64,000 nt of DNA, taken from positions 62,001-126,000 of the forward strand of contig CDMY01000185.1 of the NCBI GenBank assembly GCA_001179505.1, written 5' to 3'. The stretch comes from Vitrella brassicaformis CCMP3155. Lineage: Eukaryota; Protista; Chromerida. Made by a program: the position numbers and the translations under genes. Positions 24,301 through 36,787 of this stretch are shown in pieces; the first letter of the stretch is position 1; each line of letters begins with the position of its first letter. A model generated the notes under the pieces. That model was given only the letters and a program-made list of their open reading frames with translations. It searched no databases and was not told where the DNA came from.

Positions 24301-27300
24301 GGCGGCCATCGGTGCGGCGGCCGTGTGTGAGGTGCTCGTCTGGTGGCTGGGTGGCGGTGAAGGTGCTGTTGTTTCTGCTGCAGTGCGGGGGGCTGGTGTG
24401 GGGCCTGGTGCACCTGGTCAGGGGCAGGGAGAGGGAGAGTGGGGGAGGAGGACAGCACGGGAAAGACATCAAAGGGAATCCGGCGCTGCCGGCGGTGGTC
24501 AAGGTGAGTCAGGGGAGGGAGGGAGAGAGAAGGGAGACGACGGCTCTCGTTGATGCGCATCTGCATGTGTGTGTGTGTGTGTGGATGGTTCAGGTAGTGA
24601 GTTCGTATCTTGAGCTGACGTCTGTGGCGGTGGCCGCCCTGTCGCCGGCCGTGCGGTCGGCCTACTCGTCCCTCTATGTGCTGCAGTGGGTCTCTGACCT
24701 CGCCGACCCTCTCAAGAACATGCTCGAGTGAGCCACCGGCATATAAGCTTGGCGCACAGAGACAGGCAGAGAGACAGGGAGGGAGGGAGGCCGACAGGTC
24801 ATCGTTCATCGTGTGTGTGGGAGTCTGTCTGTGTATGTCTGTCTGTGTCTGTCTGTGTGTGTCTGTGTGTGTCTGTGTGTGTGTTGTCAGTTTTGGGTGC
24901 TGGTTCGGCACGCCGATCGGCTCTCTTCGGTTCACTCTGGTGCTGGCCTTCGTCTTCCCACCTGCCGCTGGTATGGATGCGTCTGCAGACAGACACTCAT
25001 GGCCTTCACACCCACAGGAGAGCCGAGTGATCTGATCTGATCTATGCGCTGCGCACCATGGCTGGCTGGCCTCAATGTGCTCTGTTTCTGATGGTATGGT
25101 CGGTGGTCAGTGTTGACGGGGCTGTTGCTGGTGCACGCCTTCTCTGTCGACCACGTCACCCCCCAGTGGCTCAAACAGAAGTTCCAACACAAAACCACCA
25201 CAGCAGTACTGGTGAGTGAGGGAGTGAGACACCGAGCACACACACACACACACGCGCCCATCGCCCTCCTCTCTCTCTGTCTGTCTCTGTCTGTCTGTCT
25301 GTCTCTGTGTGTCCATGTCCATGTGTGTGTGTGTGTTCTTCCAGGTGGCCCTGTTGCTCTTTTCACCGACGGCAACGCATCAGTATGTGGTGGCCCTCCA
25401 CTGCCGCAGCTATGCCTCCGTATACGGGCCACCTGTGGCTCATAGCGGTGGCGCCCGTGACGCAGCCAAGGCTGTGGGTGTGGGCGTGTTTGACGAGCCG
25501 GCACGGCTGGTCTATGACCCAGACACTTTTTGTTATGGCGGCGAGCAGACCGTAAGCCAACCGTCACATGGGTGGCCTTATGACGCTCCCCACATGTGTG
25601 TGTGTCTGTGTGTGTGTGTGTGTGTGTGTTGTCAGCCTTACTTCGTGCTGGCGCTGCTGGGTCTCATTCTGTGGTCCGTCGGGATGCCTTTGCTGTTTCT
25701 CATGCTGACAATCTATCTCCCGTCGACAACCGCAGACGCAGCGGCGGCCCCCAGCAAGCGCCGCCGGCTCTTCGGGGGTCTCTTCCTGCACCTGGACTTC
25801 CTGTGGTACGGCTACCGGCCGGCAATGAGGGGCTGGGAGTGCTACGTCATGCTCAGAAAGGTGAGGTCGGTGGAGTCGGGTCGGCAGAGGGTGGTCTTTG
25901 CAGGGGAAGTGGCACACACCATGGCATGGCTTGCCGTGTGTCTGTCTCGTTCCTTCTGCAGGTGGTGGTGTGGGTGGTGCTGCTGGTCCCTCCCGGCCCC
26001 CGCTCGACGGTCATGTCCGAGTCGGCCCAGGCATATGCCCTGCTCTTGCTGCAGGGTCTGGCATTCATCGCGCTCCACAGCTGGGCGCGCCCCCACGACG
26101 TTCGGCCGTGTGGCGTGCAGGACCGTCTCGAGAGCCAGTGCCTCTGGACCTTCCTCGCCACCGTCACGGCGATGCTGCTGCTCACATCCTCCTCTATCGT
26201 CGGCTCCCCCGGGAGTGCCACAGGCTGGATCGTCACCCTCGCCGTCCTCTCGCTGCATTTCCGCTTCATTGCCTCAGCGCTCTCGTCGCTCCGGCTCGAT
26301 GCGCCGTTTCTCCCTCTTCGCCGGATAATCTGGTCAGAGACTCTTCGCAAGCGCGTCACACGCTTCCTGGGCAGCCCACACGTGCATATCGTCGGCAGCC
26401 GGGAGGCCGTGTCATGCCTCGACGTGCGCGAGCTGAAGCCGGGCGAGAGGGCGGTGGTCGTCAACACGCTGGCGCAGCTGTCCACCGATATGCTCGACAG
26501 GCGAGTGTGCGGCCAATACTTCCACACGAAGGCGGTAGACTATGTGGTGGAGGGTGCGCTTGAGGGGTGGGGGGAGGAGATCAGCGATCAGCGGCGGCTG
26601 GAGGCGATTAGGGGGAGGGTGGCGGCGAGACGGACCGAGGGCGATGTCTGCTCAGCGTCCACGACGCTGACCCTGCCAGACTTACAGGTACGATGCAGCA
26701 ACACTCAGTGTGCTCAGTCATTCTCTGTGTGTGTGTGTCATCAGGAGCTGCTATTGAGCCAGCCAACGTCCCTCGTGGCCACCCAGTTCAGCCACGCCCT
26801 CGCCGCCGACAGGACACCGCCAGCCCCCACCTCTCCGCCATCCCGACACCGAGCATCCACACCCGCGCCCACACCCCAATCGCCCCCAGCTGACGACGAC
26901 GAAACACAGCCACACCCGCACAGGCACCCACCGCCAACCCCACACCAGCACAAGCGTCGTGCTCGCGACAAGGGCGGCAAGCGGCACAGGAGAGGGGCGG
27001 AGAGCGGGTGTTTCCCCCGACGAGAGAAGCCTCGCGATTGCAAGCCTTGTCCTCCTCCTCCTCCTGATTTGGGCGAGGTGGTCATCGACATGGACGCACC
27101 AACGCCTACGCCACCCGACAGACCGACAAGGCCGCCGTCACCATCCCCCCAGCGGAAAAAACACCAAGACAAGCCATCACCAAGGGCGGCAACGTCACCA
27201 GCAGCAGCGGCAGCAACCGAGCGGAAAGACCCCCACCCGCACCCCCACCAGAAGCCGCATGCCCATGCTCATGGTCATGGAGCTGCCCGCGAGACTGGTC

Positions 27301-28432
27301 ACGAAGAGGCCAAGAAAGCTTCCCCGACAACACGCAAGGACAGAGACAGAAAAAAGAGCTATAACGAGAAGGAAGAGTCCAAGACCAAGAGGGGCCGTTC
27401 AACGTCCGCCGAACGCAATAACCGTGACAAAGGTGACAAGGGCGACGGCTGCACCCCCAAGCCCCCCACAGGCGATCACAAACGAAGCAGGAGTCTGGAG
27501 CGGACGGAGAGAGGGAGGGAGAGGCACCGCGGGACTCACCGTGGGAAGAGCCACGAGCAGCGCCGGCACAGCAGCAACAGCAACAGCAGGGAGGCTGCCC
27601 AGTCCCAGTCGCCGCCTGTTGATGAGCCAATAACACACCAAGGGTATGCAGACGAGAAGCGGCAGCATCATGCAGGGTAGCGTAGCGTACCGTGCTGATT
27701 GCTGCCGCATGGCATGCTGCTGGCTGTAGGCGACGCCGGAGCCCCCCGCCGCGGCATGCAGCCTGTGCAGCCACGCTTGAGCCCCCCTACCCCCCGGCCC
27801 CTGCCGCCCACCCTCCCTGCACCAGCACTGACGACGAGGCCTACGCAGACGATCCCGAAGCCGCGCAAGACCCCGCCGCGCCCTCGAGCACCACGCCCAC
27901 GCCACCAGCACCACCACCAGCACCAGCAGCACATGGCCGTACTCCTCCTGCCCGTCGCAGAGACGACAGCACCCGGCGGCTGCTCTCGCCCGACGCCAAG
28001 CAGAAGGACCACCGTGTAGGCGCTGCACCCGTGACGCTCCTCGACCCCTCCTACCGATCTCCCTTCGCACCCAACGTCATGATGATGCACGGCGAGTGCC
28101 ACACCCACACCCACACCCATCGGCCCCCGATGACGCCGGAAGACAAGAAGCGAGATGGGGAGGGGGAGGGTGAGGGTCCTTGGGGCGAGAGGGAGAGGGA
28201 GGAGCTGGCGGCATTTTTTCGTCGGACGGTGGAGGGGTTTGACTTTGACGAGGCCAACGGGACGGATGTGAGCGAAGACGACGGACAGGGCGACTCGTCG
28301 TGTCTGAGCAACGAGTTTGACGAGGGCGTGACCATGATTACCGAGTCGGTGAAGCGGACGGAGCGGGCTTTGTCTAACGAGGAGAGGGCCAGGTGGATAC
28401 TCAGGGAGACGCAGGGGGGAGGAAGGAGATAG
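21384..28432 (+). CDS. Large receptor-like membrane protein: signal peptide, OpuAC/ProX-like periplasmic binding domain, GCC2/GCC3-type Cys repeats, multi-TM region, long disordered tail
   Basis: Signal peptide MPGRHCLRCLVLPLLCLWLGWTAAICRG. PBP-like motifs TLRLAKRAWLSHQIVTEIFAAVVRDVVGIPVKLV, GSIGYPGKEGIFFP, PILFYWWQPD, ACQWV. Cys repeats CRPCAPGTY, CRPCPKGTF, CSLCPEGTY. TM-region motifs RLVYDPDTFC, LDFLWYGYRPAMRGWECYVMLRK, ARPH...QDRLE. Stop at 28430-28432. Confidence 0.75.
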
Positions 28433-29326
28433 ATGAGACACGGACGGGTAGCTATCTTTCTTTCGTCCGGTGTGTGTGTGTGTGTGTGTGCGCGTGTGTG
28501 CTGCACTCTGTGTGTGTGTGTGTGTGGATGGATGGCTGTAAGTGAGTAGGTAGTAGGTTGCGTGAGTGTCTGGTTGCATGGTTGCACGTCTCTCTCTATC
28601 GTCTCCACGTTTTTCGCAGGTAGCGCCATTACATACGACTGACTGACTGCAGGTGTCTGTCGCTTGGCTGTCTGTCTGTCTGTCTGGTCTTTGTTTGTGT
28701 CAGTCGTGTCTGTCGCAGCTCTGCCGCCACTCCATGTGTGTGTGTGGATATGTGTGTGTGTGGATGTGTGTGGCTTTGGAGGTTGAAAAGTGACACTAGG
28801 CAATGTTGTGGCAAAAATACAGGTGCCTACGTCGGGTGGGTCGGTGGGTGGGGGGATTGACCGCATCCATCGTGCTGATGGCACGACCGCGATACTACTG
28901 GTTGCTGCACGTGACTGACGCGACTAATGGATGGATGATCACCGTTGACAGAGAGGACTGTCGTGCGTGCGTCGCGTCACTGGTGGCTTGGACGGACGAG
29001 TGCTTGACATGAGAAGTGAAGCGGCGAGTGGCTCGCCAGTGTCATAATGTCTGCCTGTACAATTGAGTGGGGACACGCAAGAAACAAACAGACACACGTG
29101 CTGTCAGTCACAGAAAAACATCATGATGGTCGACCAGCCGTCCGTCCTCTAGGTAGTGGGCTTGCCATCTGCTGCACTCGATGCTGCCCCGGCTGTTGTC
29201 ACGTCATGTGGTGACGACCGCATGACAACAGCCAGAGCCTCATCGAGCTTGACAGATCACAATCCCGGCCCGTCGGACACACACACGACAGACCTTCCCC
29301 TCCCCCATGCGCCCGGACTGTCTAGG

Positions 29327-30268
29327 TCACGTCACTTTGGCCTTCTTCTTGATGGTCTCTGCGGTCTTTTTGACATTGTCTGCCACCAGCCTCACAGGGC
29401 TCCTCGTGCGGCACAGCGCATGCACCACCAGAGCCCCCCACACCACGGCAGCATACAGCCGCGGCGCAGTCAGCAGCCCCACCAGCATCGTCAGCCACAG
29501 CATCAGGTTGATGGCCAGCGTGATGGCCAGCCGCGTGGAGGGCGGCAAGCCCAACAGCCAGCCGTTGCCCTGGCAGTCAGTGGAGGGTAGGAGGATGGCG
29601 GCGTACTGGAGGACGGTCACGATGAGCAGAGAGGAGGGGCGAAACAGCGAGAGGAGGGCGAGCATCGCGTAGATGAGCAGCAGGTAGTTGGGCAGGAAGT
29701 AGCTCAGGTTGGACGTGAAGCGGTCGAAGGGATGGTCTGAACACACACACGCACACAGACAGACAGACAGACAGGTGTATGGGCTCCACGTGGCTGGCTT
29801 CTCGGTCCGTCCGGCCGTGGCATGGCGTGGTACTACCTTACCTGGCGGTGCGAACTCTCCCATGAATTCCTTCTGCACACACAGCACAGCACAAGATCCC
29901 AAGAGCACATGCACAGCACAGACCTGCCTGTGACTGTCCGTTCTGCCCGCCTGATGCATGCACCCATACCATACCCATGGCCGCATCCGATTGGTCGGCA
30001 AGCCGAGAGGGTCATTGAGCAGTACTCTTCTCCCCTCCTCCACTGCCACATGCGCCTGCTCCTCAGTCAGCCCCACCCCGCCGCTCTGCACAATCGGCCA
30101 GCCGTGCCGGACCACCCAGCTCATCAGCAGCACGTCAGCCATCTTCTCATTGGTCGGCCGCACAGGACTCCGTCGTACCGCCTCGTCTGACGTGCGCCGA
30201 AAGGCCGAGAAGAGCGACTCGACGAGGTGGTCAAATTGCGACGCCCGCTGCCGCTGGTTGCCCGCCAT
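29327..30268 (-). CDS. PRA1: PRA1 family protein (prenylated Rab acceptor)
   Basis: After removing introns 29873-29974 and 29737-29841 the protein reads MRPW|KEFMGEFAPP|DHPFDRFTSNLSYFLPNYLL, followed by two long hydrophobic hairpins ending LVVHALCR. This is the PRA1 signature. Confidence 0.85.
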   Translation of the reverse strand: MAGNQRQRASQFDHLVESLFSAFRRTSDEAVRRSPVRPTNEKMADVLLMSWVVRHGWPIVQSGGVGLTEEQAHVAVEEGRRVLLNDPLGLPTNRMRPWVWYGCMHQAGRTDSHRQVCAVHVLLGSCAVLCVQKEFMGEFAPPGKVVPRHATAGRTEKPATWSPYTCLSVCLCACVCSDHPFDRFTSNLSYFLPNYLLLIYAMLALLSLFRPSSLLIVTVLQYAAILLPSTDCQGNGWLLGLPPSTRLAITLAINLMLWLTMLVGLLTAPRLYAAVVWGALVVHALCRTRSPVRLVADNVKKTAETIKKKAKVT

Positions 30269-30494
30269 TAACTCTCAGAAGGGACGCACTCGCCAGGGGA
30301 GTGTTACGGACCAACCGAATAAGCTAAGCTGTGGTTATCCATCTGCGGGTCGCATTCACCATTTCCTCAACAGGGAGAAACACAGCGATTTCTCACTTGC
30401 AGGGTTTGCAAAGCTAGGGCTTGGCCTTCCGTGAAACCGCTCTCTCTGAACTCTCCAGAGACTCAATTTGTTAGCACCGCAACCCACAGTCGTC

Positions 30495-33400
30495 ATGTCA
30501 GTGCTGACGGAGCAGGCCATCAAGGACATCCTGTGCGACTTGACGTCCAGCAAGCTCGACGAGGGCACGCTCGAGTACGCAGCAGGGATGGTTAAGGAGG
30601 AGGGATGCACCGACCCTGAGGAGCTGCAGGAGCTCATAGGACCGTTCCTTCTGGTCAGCGGATGAAAACCAGGCAGAAAACCGGATACACAGGGTGTGCA
30701 GTCACCTTACTGTCCCGTTGTGTGGTGTGTGTGTTTGTCCAGGACGGCGGCGCAGCGTCCACAGATGCCGAGGTGCTATCTTTGTGCAAGGCTCTGCACG
30801 AGAAGCTGACGACCAAGCCAGATGCGGCCACCACGAGCAGCGGGAGCAGCCCTGTGGCCGTCAACGGTGACGCTGCATCCACTGACGCTGAGGACGACCG
30901 CAGCACCTCCAACGCACCAGCACCAAACGGGGCTGGTGCTGCCGTGGGTGGTGGCGGTGCGGGCAAGCTCAAGACGCCCGTTGTCCTGGGCAGTGTGCTT
31001 GGGGACAAAAAAGGTGAGCAGAGTGTGTGGCTGAGGGATGGTGGTGGATGGTGTGCTTGTGTTGTGTGTCAGGTGGTTATCAGGACCCTTATCTCGGTCT
31101 CAAGAAGGGGTCGGTCAACTTCAACACGGGCGAGCACATCGACGAGTCGGTGCAGAAGCAGAAGGCGCTGCAGAGGGAAAGGGAGAGGCAGGCCAAGCTC
31201 ATGAAGCAGTGGGAGAAGTCCAAACAGCCGCCGCCACCGCCGACATGCCGGCACGGCGACAAGCAGCTCGCCAAGATGACCGACATCAACGTCGAATCCT
31301 TCTCTGTCATCATTGCTGGTGAAGAGGGAGGGAGAGAGGGATGGAGGGAGGGAGTGTGGCTGACATCTTTGCTTGGTGTGTGGGTGTGTGGCGGTCTCGT
31401 GGTGCAGGTCGTGAGCTGTTGCGCGATGCGCCGTTGAAGCTTGCAATGGGCCGCAAGTACGGTTTGGTTGGCCGCAACGGTATCGGCAAGTCCACCTTCC
31501 TCAACGCCCTCGCTCGGGGCGAGATACACGGCATCAAGTGAGGAGGCAGCACAGAGCCGACACCCCACCACACCACCCATTCCCCCCCCCACACACACAC
31601 GCATTTCTTCAATGCGTGTGTGTGTGTTGGCGCCCCGTATGTGTCCATGCAGTCCCGACATGCACATCCTCCATATTGAGCAGGGTAAGCGGACACACAC
31701 AGGGGGTTGGATGGCTGCATCGACCTGCGTGTGTGTAAATGTGTGTGTGTGTGTGTGTGTCTTAGAGATCCGTGGTGGCGAAGAGACCGCCCTCGAGGCC
31801 GTCTTGGCCGTCGACGTGGAGAGGGCCGACCTGCTGCAGGAGGAGAAACTCTTGCTGGGCAGAGAACAGGTAGATAGATCGCCGCTCCGCTCACCCACAC
31901 TCTGACACCCAAACAACTTTGCCTGCCTGCATCACTTTGATTGATGTGCGTATGTATCTGTGTGTTGTCCGTCCTTTGCAGACGGAGGAGTTGGGCCGTC
32001 GTCTGGCGTGGATATACCAGCGGCTCAACGACATCGACGCGCAGAGTGCCGAGAGCAGGGCGTCCACCATCCTCGATGGGCTGGGCTTCACCACCGACAT
32101 GCAGGTGAGAGTGACACCCACCCACACCCACCCAGACAAAAGCCACACTGGATGGATGGCCTCACTCAACCCTTGATATTGATGCAGCACAAGAAGACCA
32201 GGGAGTTTTCAGGTGGCTGGAGGATGCGGGTCGCACTTGCAAGGGCTCTCTTCGGAGACCCTGGTCAGTGGATGGGGTGGCGGATGGCGGATATCTCTCG
32301 TGGCTGGATGCATCTCTCTCCATCTGTGTGTGTGTGTGTGTGTTGATTCCCTCCCTGCAGATCTCTTGCTGCTGGACGAGCCGACGAACCACCTGGATCT
32401 GCATGCGGTGGCGTGGCTGACGCAGTACCTGAGCGAGTGGCCCAAGACGTGCATCATCGTCTCCCACGCCCGGCAGTTCCTCAACGACGTCTGCACCGAC
32501 ATCATCCACTTCAGCGACCAGACACTCACGTACGCAGCGCAGCGCAGCCAACGAACATGTCTCTGTGTGTGTGTCTGGGTGTCTGGGTGTCTCTGCACGA
32601 CTCTCTCTCTCTCTCTGTGTGTGTGTGTTTGTGTGCGTGTGTGTGTTGTGAAGGTATTACCGTGGCAACTACGACACGTTTGAGGAGGTCCGTGCGGGGA
32701 AGCAGCTGCAGCAGCAGAGGGAGTTCGAGGCGCAGGAGGCCAAGCGCGCCCACATGCAGAAATTCGTTGACAAGTAACCAAACCACCGCCCCACAAGGAA
32801 GGAGCAGATGAGCTGTCATGTCTGTGCCCACAACCACACAGGTTCCGATACAACGCCAAGCGAGCGTCGTTGGTGCAGTCGCGTCTCAAGGCCATCGCCA
32901 AGCTGCCCATGCTCGAGGCCGTGGCGTCGGACCCCACTCTGGTGTTCTCCTTCGACGAGCCCGAGGCCCTGCCCACGCCCATACTGCAGCTGCAGGACTG
33001 CTACTTCAAGTCAGTCAGCCCCCCGCCAGCCGGCCAGCACACTTGTACAAGGGAGATACACCTACCTGCCATGTCTGTGTGTGTGTCTCCCTTACAAGGT
33101 ATGGTGAGGGCAAATCTGATTGGCTGTTGAAGGACGTCGCTATGGTGGGTTAGGGAGCGGAGCGAGCCTCGCTCGGCTGACCCACGTCGTGTGTGTGTGT
33201 GTGTGTGTGTCTGGTCAGACCATTGACCTGGACAGCCGGATTGCCGTGTGTGGTGTCAACGGCTCGGGCAAGTCCACCCTACTCAAAGTCAGTAACACCA
33301 CACAGACAGAGAGACTGACAGACAGACAGACAGCCACACACACCGACATCCATGTGGTATTCCGTGTCAGCTGATGATCGGCACCATCGACCCCAGCGAA

Positions 33401-33995
33401 GGCCACGTGGTGCGCCACTCCAAGCTGCGCATCGGCTTCTTCTCGCAGCACCACGTCGACCAGCTCGACCTCACCCTCACAGCCGTCCAGTCCCTCCAGA
33501 CAGCCTTCCCAGATGCAAACCTGAAAGACGAGGATGCCCGCACCTACCTCGGCAAGTTCGGGATTTCCGGGCTGCTGGCGTTGGAGCCGCTGTACGTGTT
33601 GAGTGGGGGGCAGAAGAGCCGCGTGGCCATCGCGCTGGTGGCCTTCAAGAAGCCGCATGTACTGATCATGGACGAGCCGACCAACCACCTCGACCTGGAC
33701 GCCGTGCAGGCGCTCATCGCTGCATTGAACAACTTCCAGGGCGGCGTCGTGATAGTGGTACGTGGCTTGGTTAAGGTGCACAGGAAGATGGTCTGTGTGT
33801 GGTCATGTGAGCTCTCTCTCTCTCTCTCTCTGTGCTGTGTGTGTGTGTGTGTGTGTGGATCAGTCGCACGACGCCCACATGCTGTCGTGTGTGGCCGATG
33901 AGGTGTGGCACGTGGACCACCGCACCAGGTCGGTGGCGAAGTTCGGGGAAGACTTTGAGAGCTACAGGAAACAGCTTCTCAAGAACAAGCTGTGA
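30495..33995 (+). CDS. ABCF3: ABC transporter F family member 3 (GCN20-like)
   Basis: Two NBDs and no TM domain: GRNGIGKST / FSGGWRMR / [12 protein letters not shown] and GVNGSGKST / LSGGQKSR / [11 protein letters not shown]. It also has the ABCF linker and an N-terminal helical extension typical of ABCF3/GCN20. Confidence 0.93.
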
Positions 33996-34448
33996 GAGAT
34001 AGACTTGATGTCGGTTTTGGATCAGTGGTGGCCAATTAGCGACTTTGTGTATGCATGCCTGTGTGAATCGTGGCTGGTTTCATATGCATGTGTGTCGACA
34101 CTCATTCACTGGCACACGCGATATCCTGAATGATATGTGGACTTAACGCGCCGGGTGGCCGCCATGTGCCGTTACTGGCCAACGAATAACTGCCAGTGAG
34201 CTGGCCGTATTGTGCGTACTGTACGGTTCGCGTGACGCCTTACCCCCTTAGCTTCCTCGCTCTCTTCAGGCCCCCCCTTGTCTGCCTGCCATTGTCTGTC
34301 ACAAGGTACGGAACGAGCACGACAAGTATTCATGCCATCATCCTCTCACTCTCTGTCTTCAGTCCACCCAGCCGTCAGGCACCGCACGCAGCCTCACTCA
34401 ACGAACAGCTGCGCCCTGCCATCCGTATCTCCCCGTCTGTCCCGCGCC

Positions 34449-36134
34449 ATGGTCTCCGCCCTCCGCCCCTCCCTCGCCCTCTCCCTGGGTGCCTTCCTCG
34501 CCCTCTCCGCCTCCGCCCAGGTGTTCCTCCAGCCACACACACACACATTTCTACACCAGCAGCATCGTGAGCATGGCAGCGCGCCCCACACGTACCTCGC
34601 TGAGATCGACAGCAAGGAGGGGTCGAACTTCCCCGAGGCCGAGATGCTGCTGGAGCGTGTGATCCAGCTTAAGACGCTGCTCGAGGACATGGGCGGCGGG
34701 GTCGACATCGTGAAGCGCGGCCACGCCCTGACGGTCAGCAAGGGCCGGCGCGGAGGGGGAGGGGGAGGGGGAAGGAAGAGCACAGGCAGGGGCTACTTGC
34801 CGCCGCTGCCTGACCTGACGGACTTGTTGCCGGTGTTCAACAAGACCTATGATTACGATGAGTACTACTACAGCCATGGCGATGAGGCCGGTGAGTAAGA
34901 GCATACCCCCTGATCGTAGCTAGACAGGAGGGGTGGGAGGCGTCGGGGTGTTGGATTGGATCTGTGGTGTCATCTCTGTGCGATGGTTTTGGCAGATGGC
35001 GGTAGTGCTACTCATGGGGGCTACCCCGGCTACCGCCCGCCCAATAATGGTGGCGGTGGCAAGGGCGGTGACTCGGGGGATGACAAGGACGACGCAGATG
35101 ACGTCAAAGACGATGTCGACGACGCCAAGGACGACGTCGACGATGTCAAAGACGATGTGGTGAGAACAGAGAGAGAGAGAGAGAGATGCGACCCACATGT
35201 TTCATGATTCCTTGTCTGCTGGATCAGGATGACCTGAGTGACGACATTGACGACCTCAAGGACGACATCGACGACCTGCAGGACATGATCGATGGCATCG
35301 AGATGCCATCACCCCCTCCCCCGCCCCCAAATGTGACGGATGACAACGTCACCGACATCGACGACGACGACCTGGACGACCTCGATGAGACACTCGCCTT
35401 CATTGGTGAAGGTGAGACACCCACACGAACCAACAAGACTGGTCATCTTTTCTGTCTCCCGTGTTTGCAGGTCGCGAGATGCCCGGCCGTCAGTCCGGCC
35501 CAGCGGCCCCTTGTCCAGGTGCGTACCCCTTGCACCAACCAATTCGTGTGATCCCTCCATCATCATGTGTACGTGTGTTGTGTCTCGTGTGCAGGTGGGT
35601 TTCAGGAGGTGAAAGGCACCACGGCTGAGGGCAGCATCGACGTGCTGGGATACGTTGCCTTCGACACCAAGGAGTTCGCCCGCTACTTCATGATGGCCCT
35701 CGACTCCCAAAAGAGCGGCGACGCCGACCTCTTAGTCATCAACTACGAGACGGGGTGAGCGGATGACGAGCAATGGCATGATTGCCCGTGTTGCTATTGG
35801 TGCGTCTATGTGTCGTGATTCGTTCAGCCATTACGGAGGGAGCTTTGCCTTCAGCGATCAACACCAGAAAGACGGTGGGTGGATCAGGGCGCTGAGAGAG
35901 CACTGACATGAGCTTTCCCATCTGCGGTTCTGCGTGTGTGCAGTGGTAGCGGTGCGCACCAGTGCTGTCGACGAGGTCGACATTGCCGTGGGGTGCTACT
36001 CGGGCGGCTCATGCAAGTGGAGTCTGCTGCTGTTCGAGCACACCGGCCACTGTGAGCCTGCCGCCCCCGCCGGCCGCAGCATCGACGGCGTCGGTATCTC
36101 TATCTCGAAGAGCATCCCCGTCTTCCAGGGCTGA
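34449..36134 (+). CDS. Secreted acidic protein with Asp-rich heptad repeats and an unknown C-terminal domain
   Basis: Signal peptide MVSALRPSLALSLGAFLALSASA. Exons bounded by GT/AG. Repeats DDVKDDVDDAKDDVDDVKDDV and DDIDDLKDDIDDLQD. Last exon ends ...KSIPVFQG-stop. Confidence 0.7.
35088..35290 (+). repeat. Coding 21-bp (7-aa) degenerate tandem repeats, DD[VAI]DD[VAL]K, on both sides of an intron
   Basis: gacgacgcagatgacgtcaaa/gacgatgtcgacgacgccaag/gacgacgtcgacgatgtcaaa, continuing after the intron as gacgacattgacgacctcaag/gacgacatcgacgacctgcag. Confidence 0.85.
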
Positions 36135-36787
36135 TCGGATGACGGACGGCTGGGCCACCACACATGTTAACGTTGCTATGTGGCTGTTTGACTGACTGAC
36201 ACACGTGTCTCTATCTATCCAGTCGCTCTGTATTCTCTCTGTCTGTCCTGTATATGAGTACTCTGCGTCTCTACTTTCCCATTCGGGTGTGAATTCATTT
36301 GTGCTGCATTGGCCGGCCGGTCAGTGAGGCCGCTGTCTATCGGATATATGTGTGAATCTTTCTTTGTACGCGTCAGAAATGACGTCAAAGGATGTCTCCT
36401 GCTTGGGTGCGCTTTGTGAAGGTTTTTCTCGATGAACCGGATGCGATGCGACAGAGGCAGAGACAGGCGGCGACTTTGCGAGCAAGTGGTGTTGGACGCT
36501 GTCTCACTCTCGCCCGATTGTCTTCGGTGCCTCTATGTTGTTTATTGTAGAAATGATCGCGACAGACGAGTGTGTGAGCAGTGAGCTCTTCATGGGACGG
36601 AAAAAGCATTCACTCTCAAATTCGTGAAGATACCATGAAGCACTCGTCAAAGAGTCCATACCGACCATGGCTTGCCTCACATCACGCCACAGATCAACCA
36701 ACGACCAACAAAAAGCATCAAAAAGGAGTCTTCTCCATCGCGTCACACAGTCTACAAGCAGCAGTGCCCTCGCCCACCTTCCCTCCC

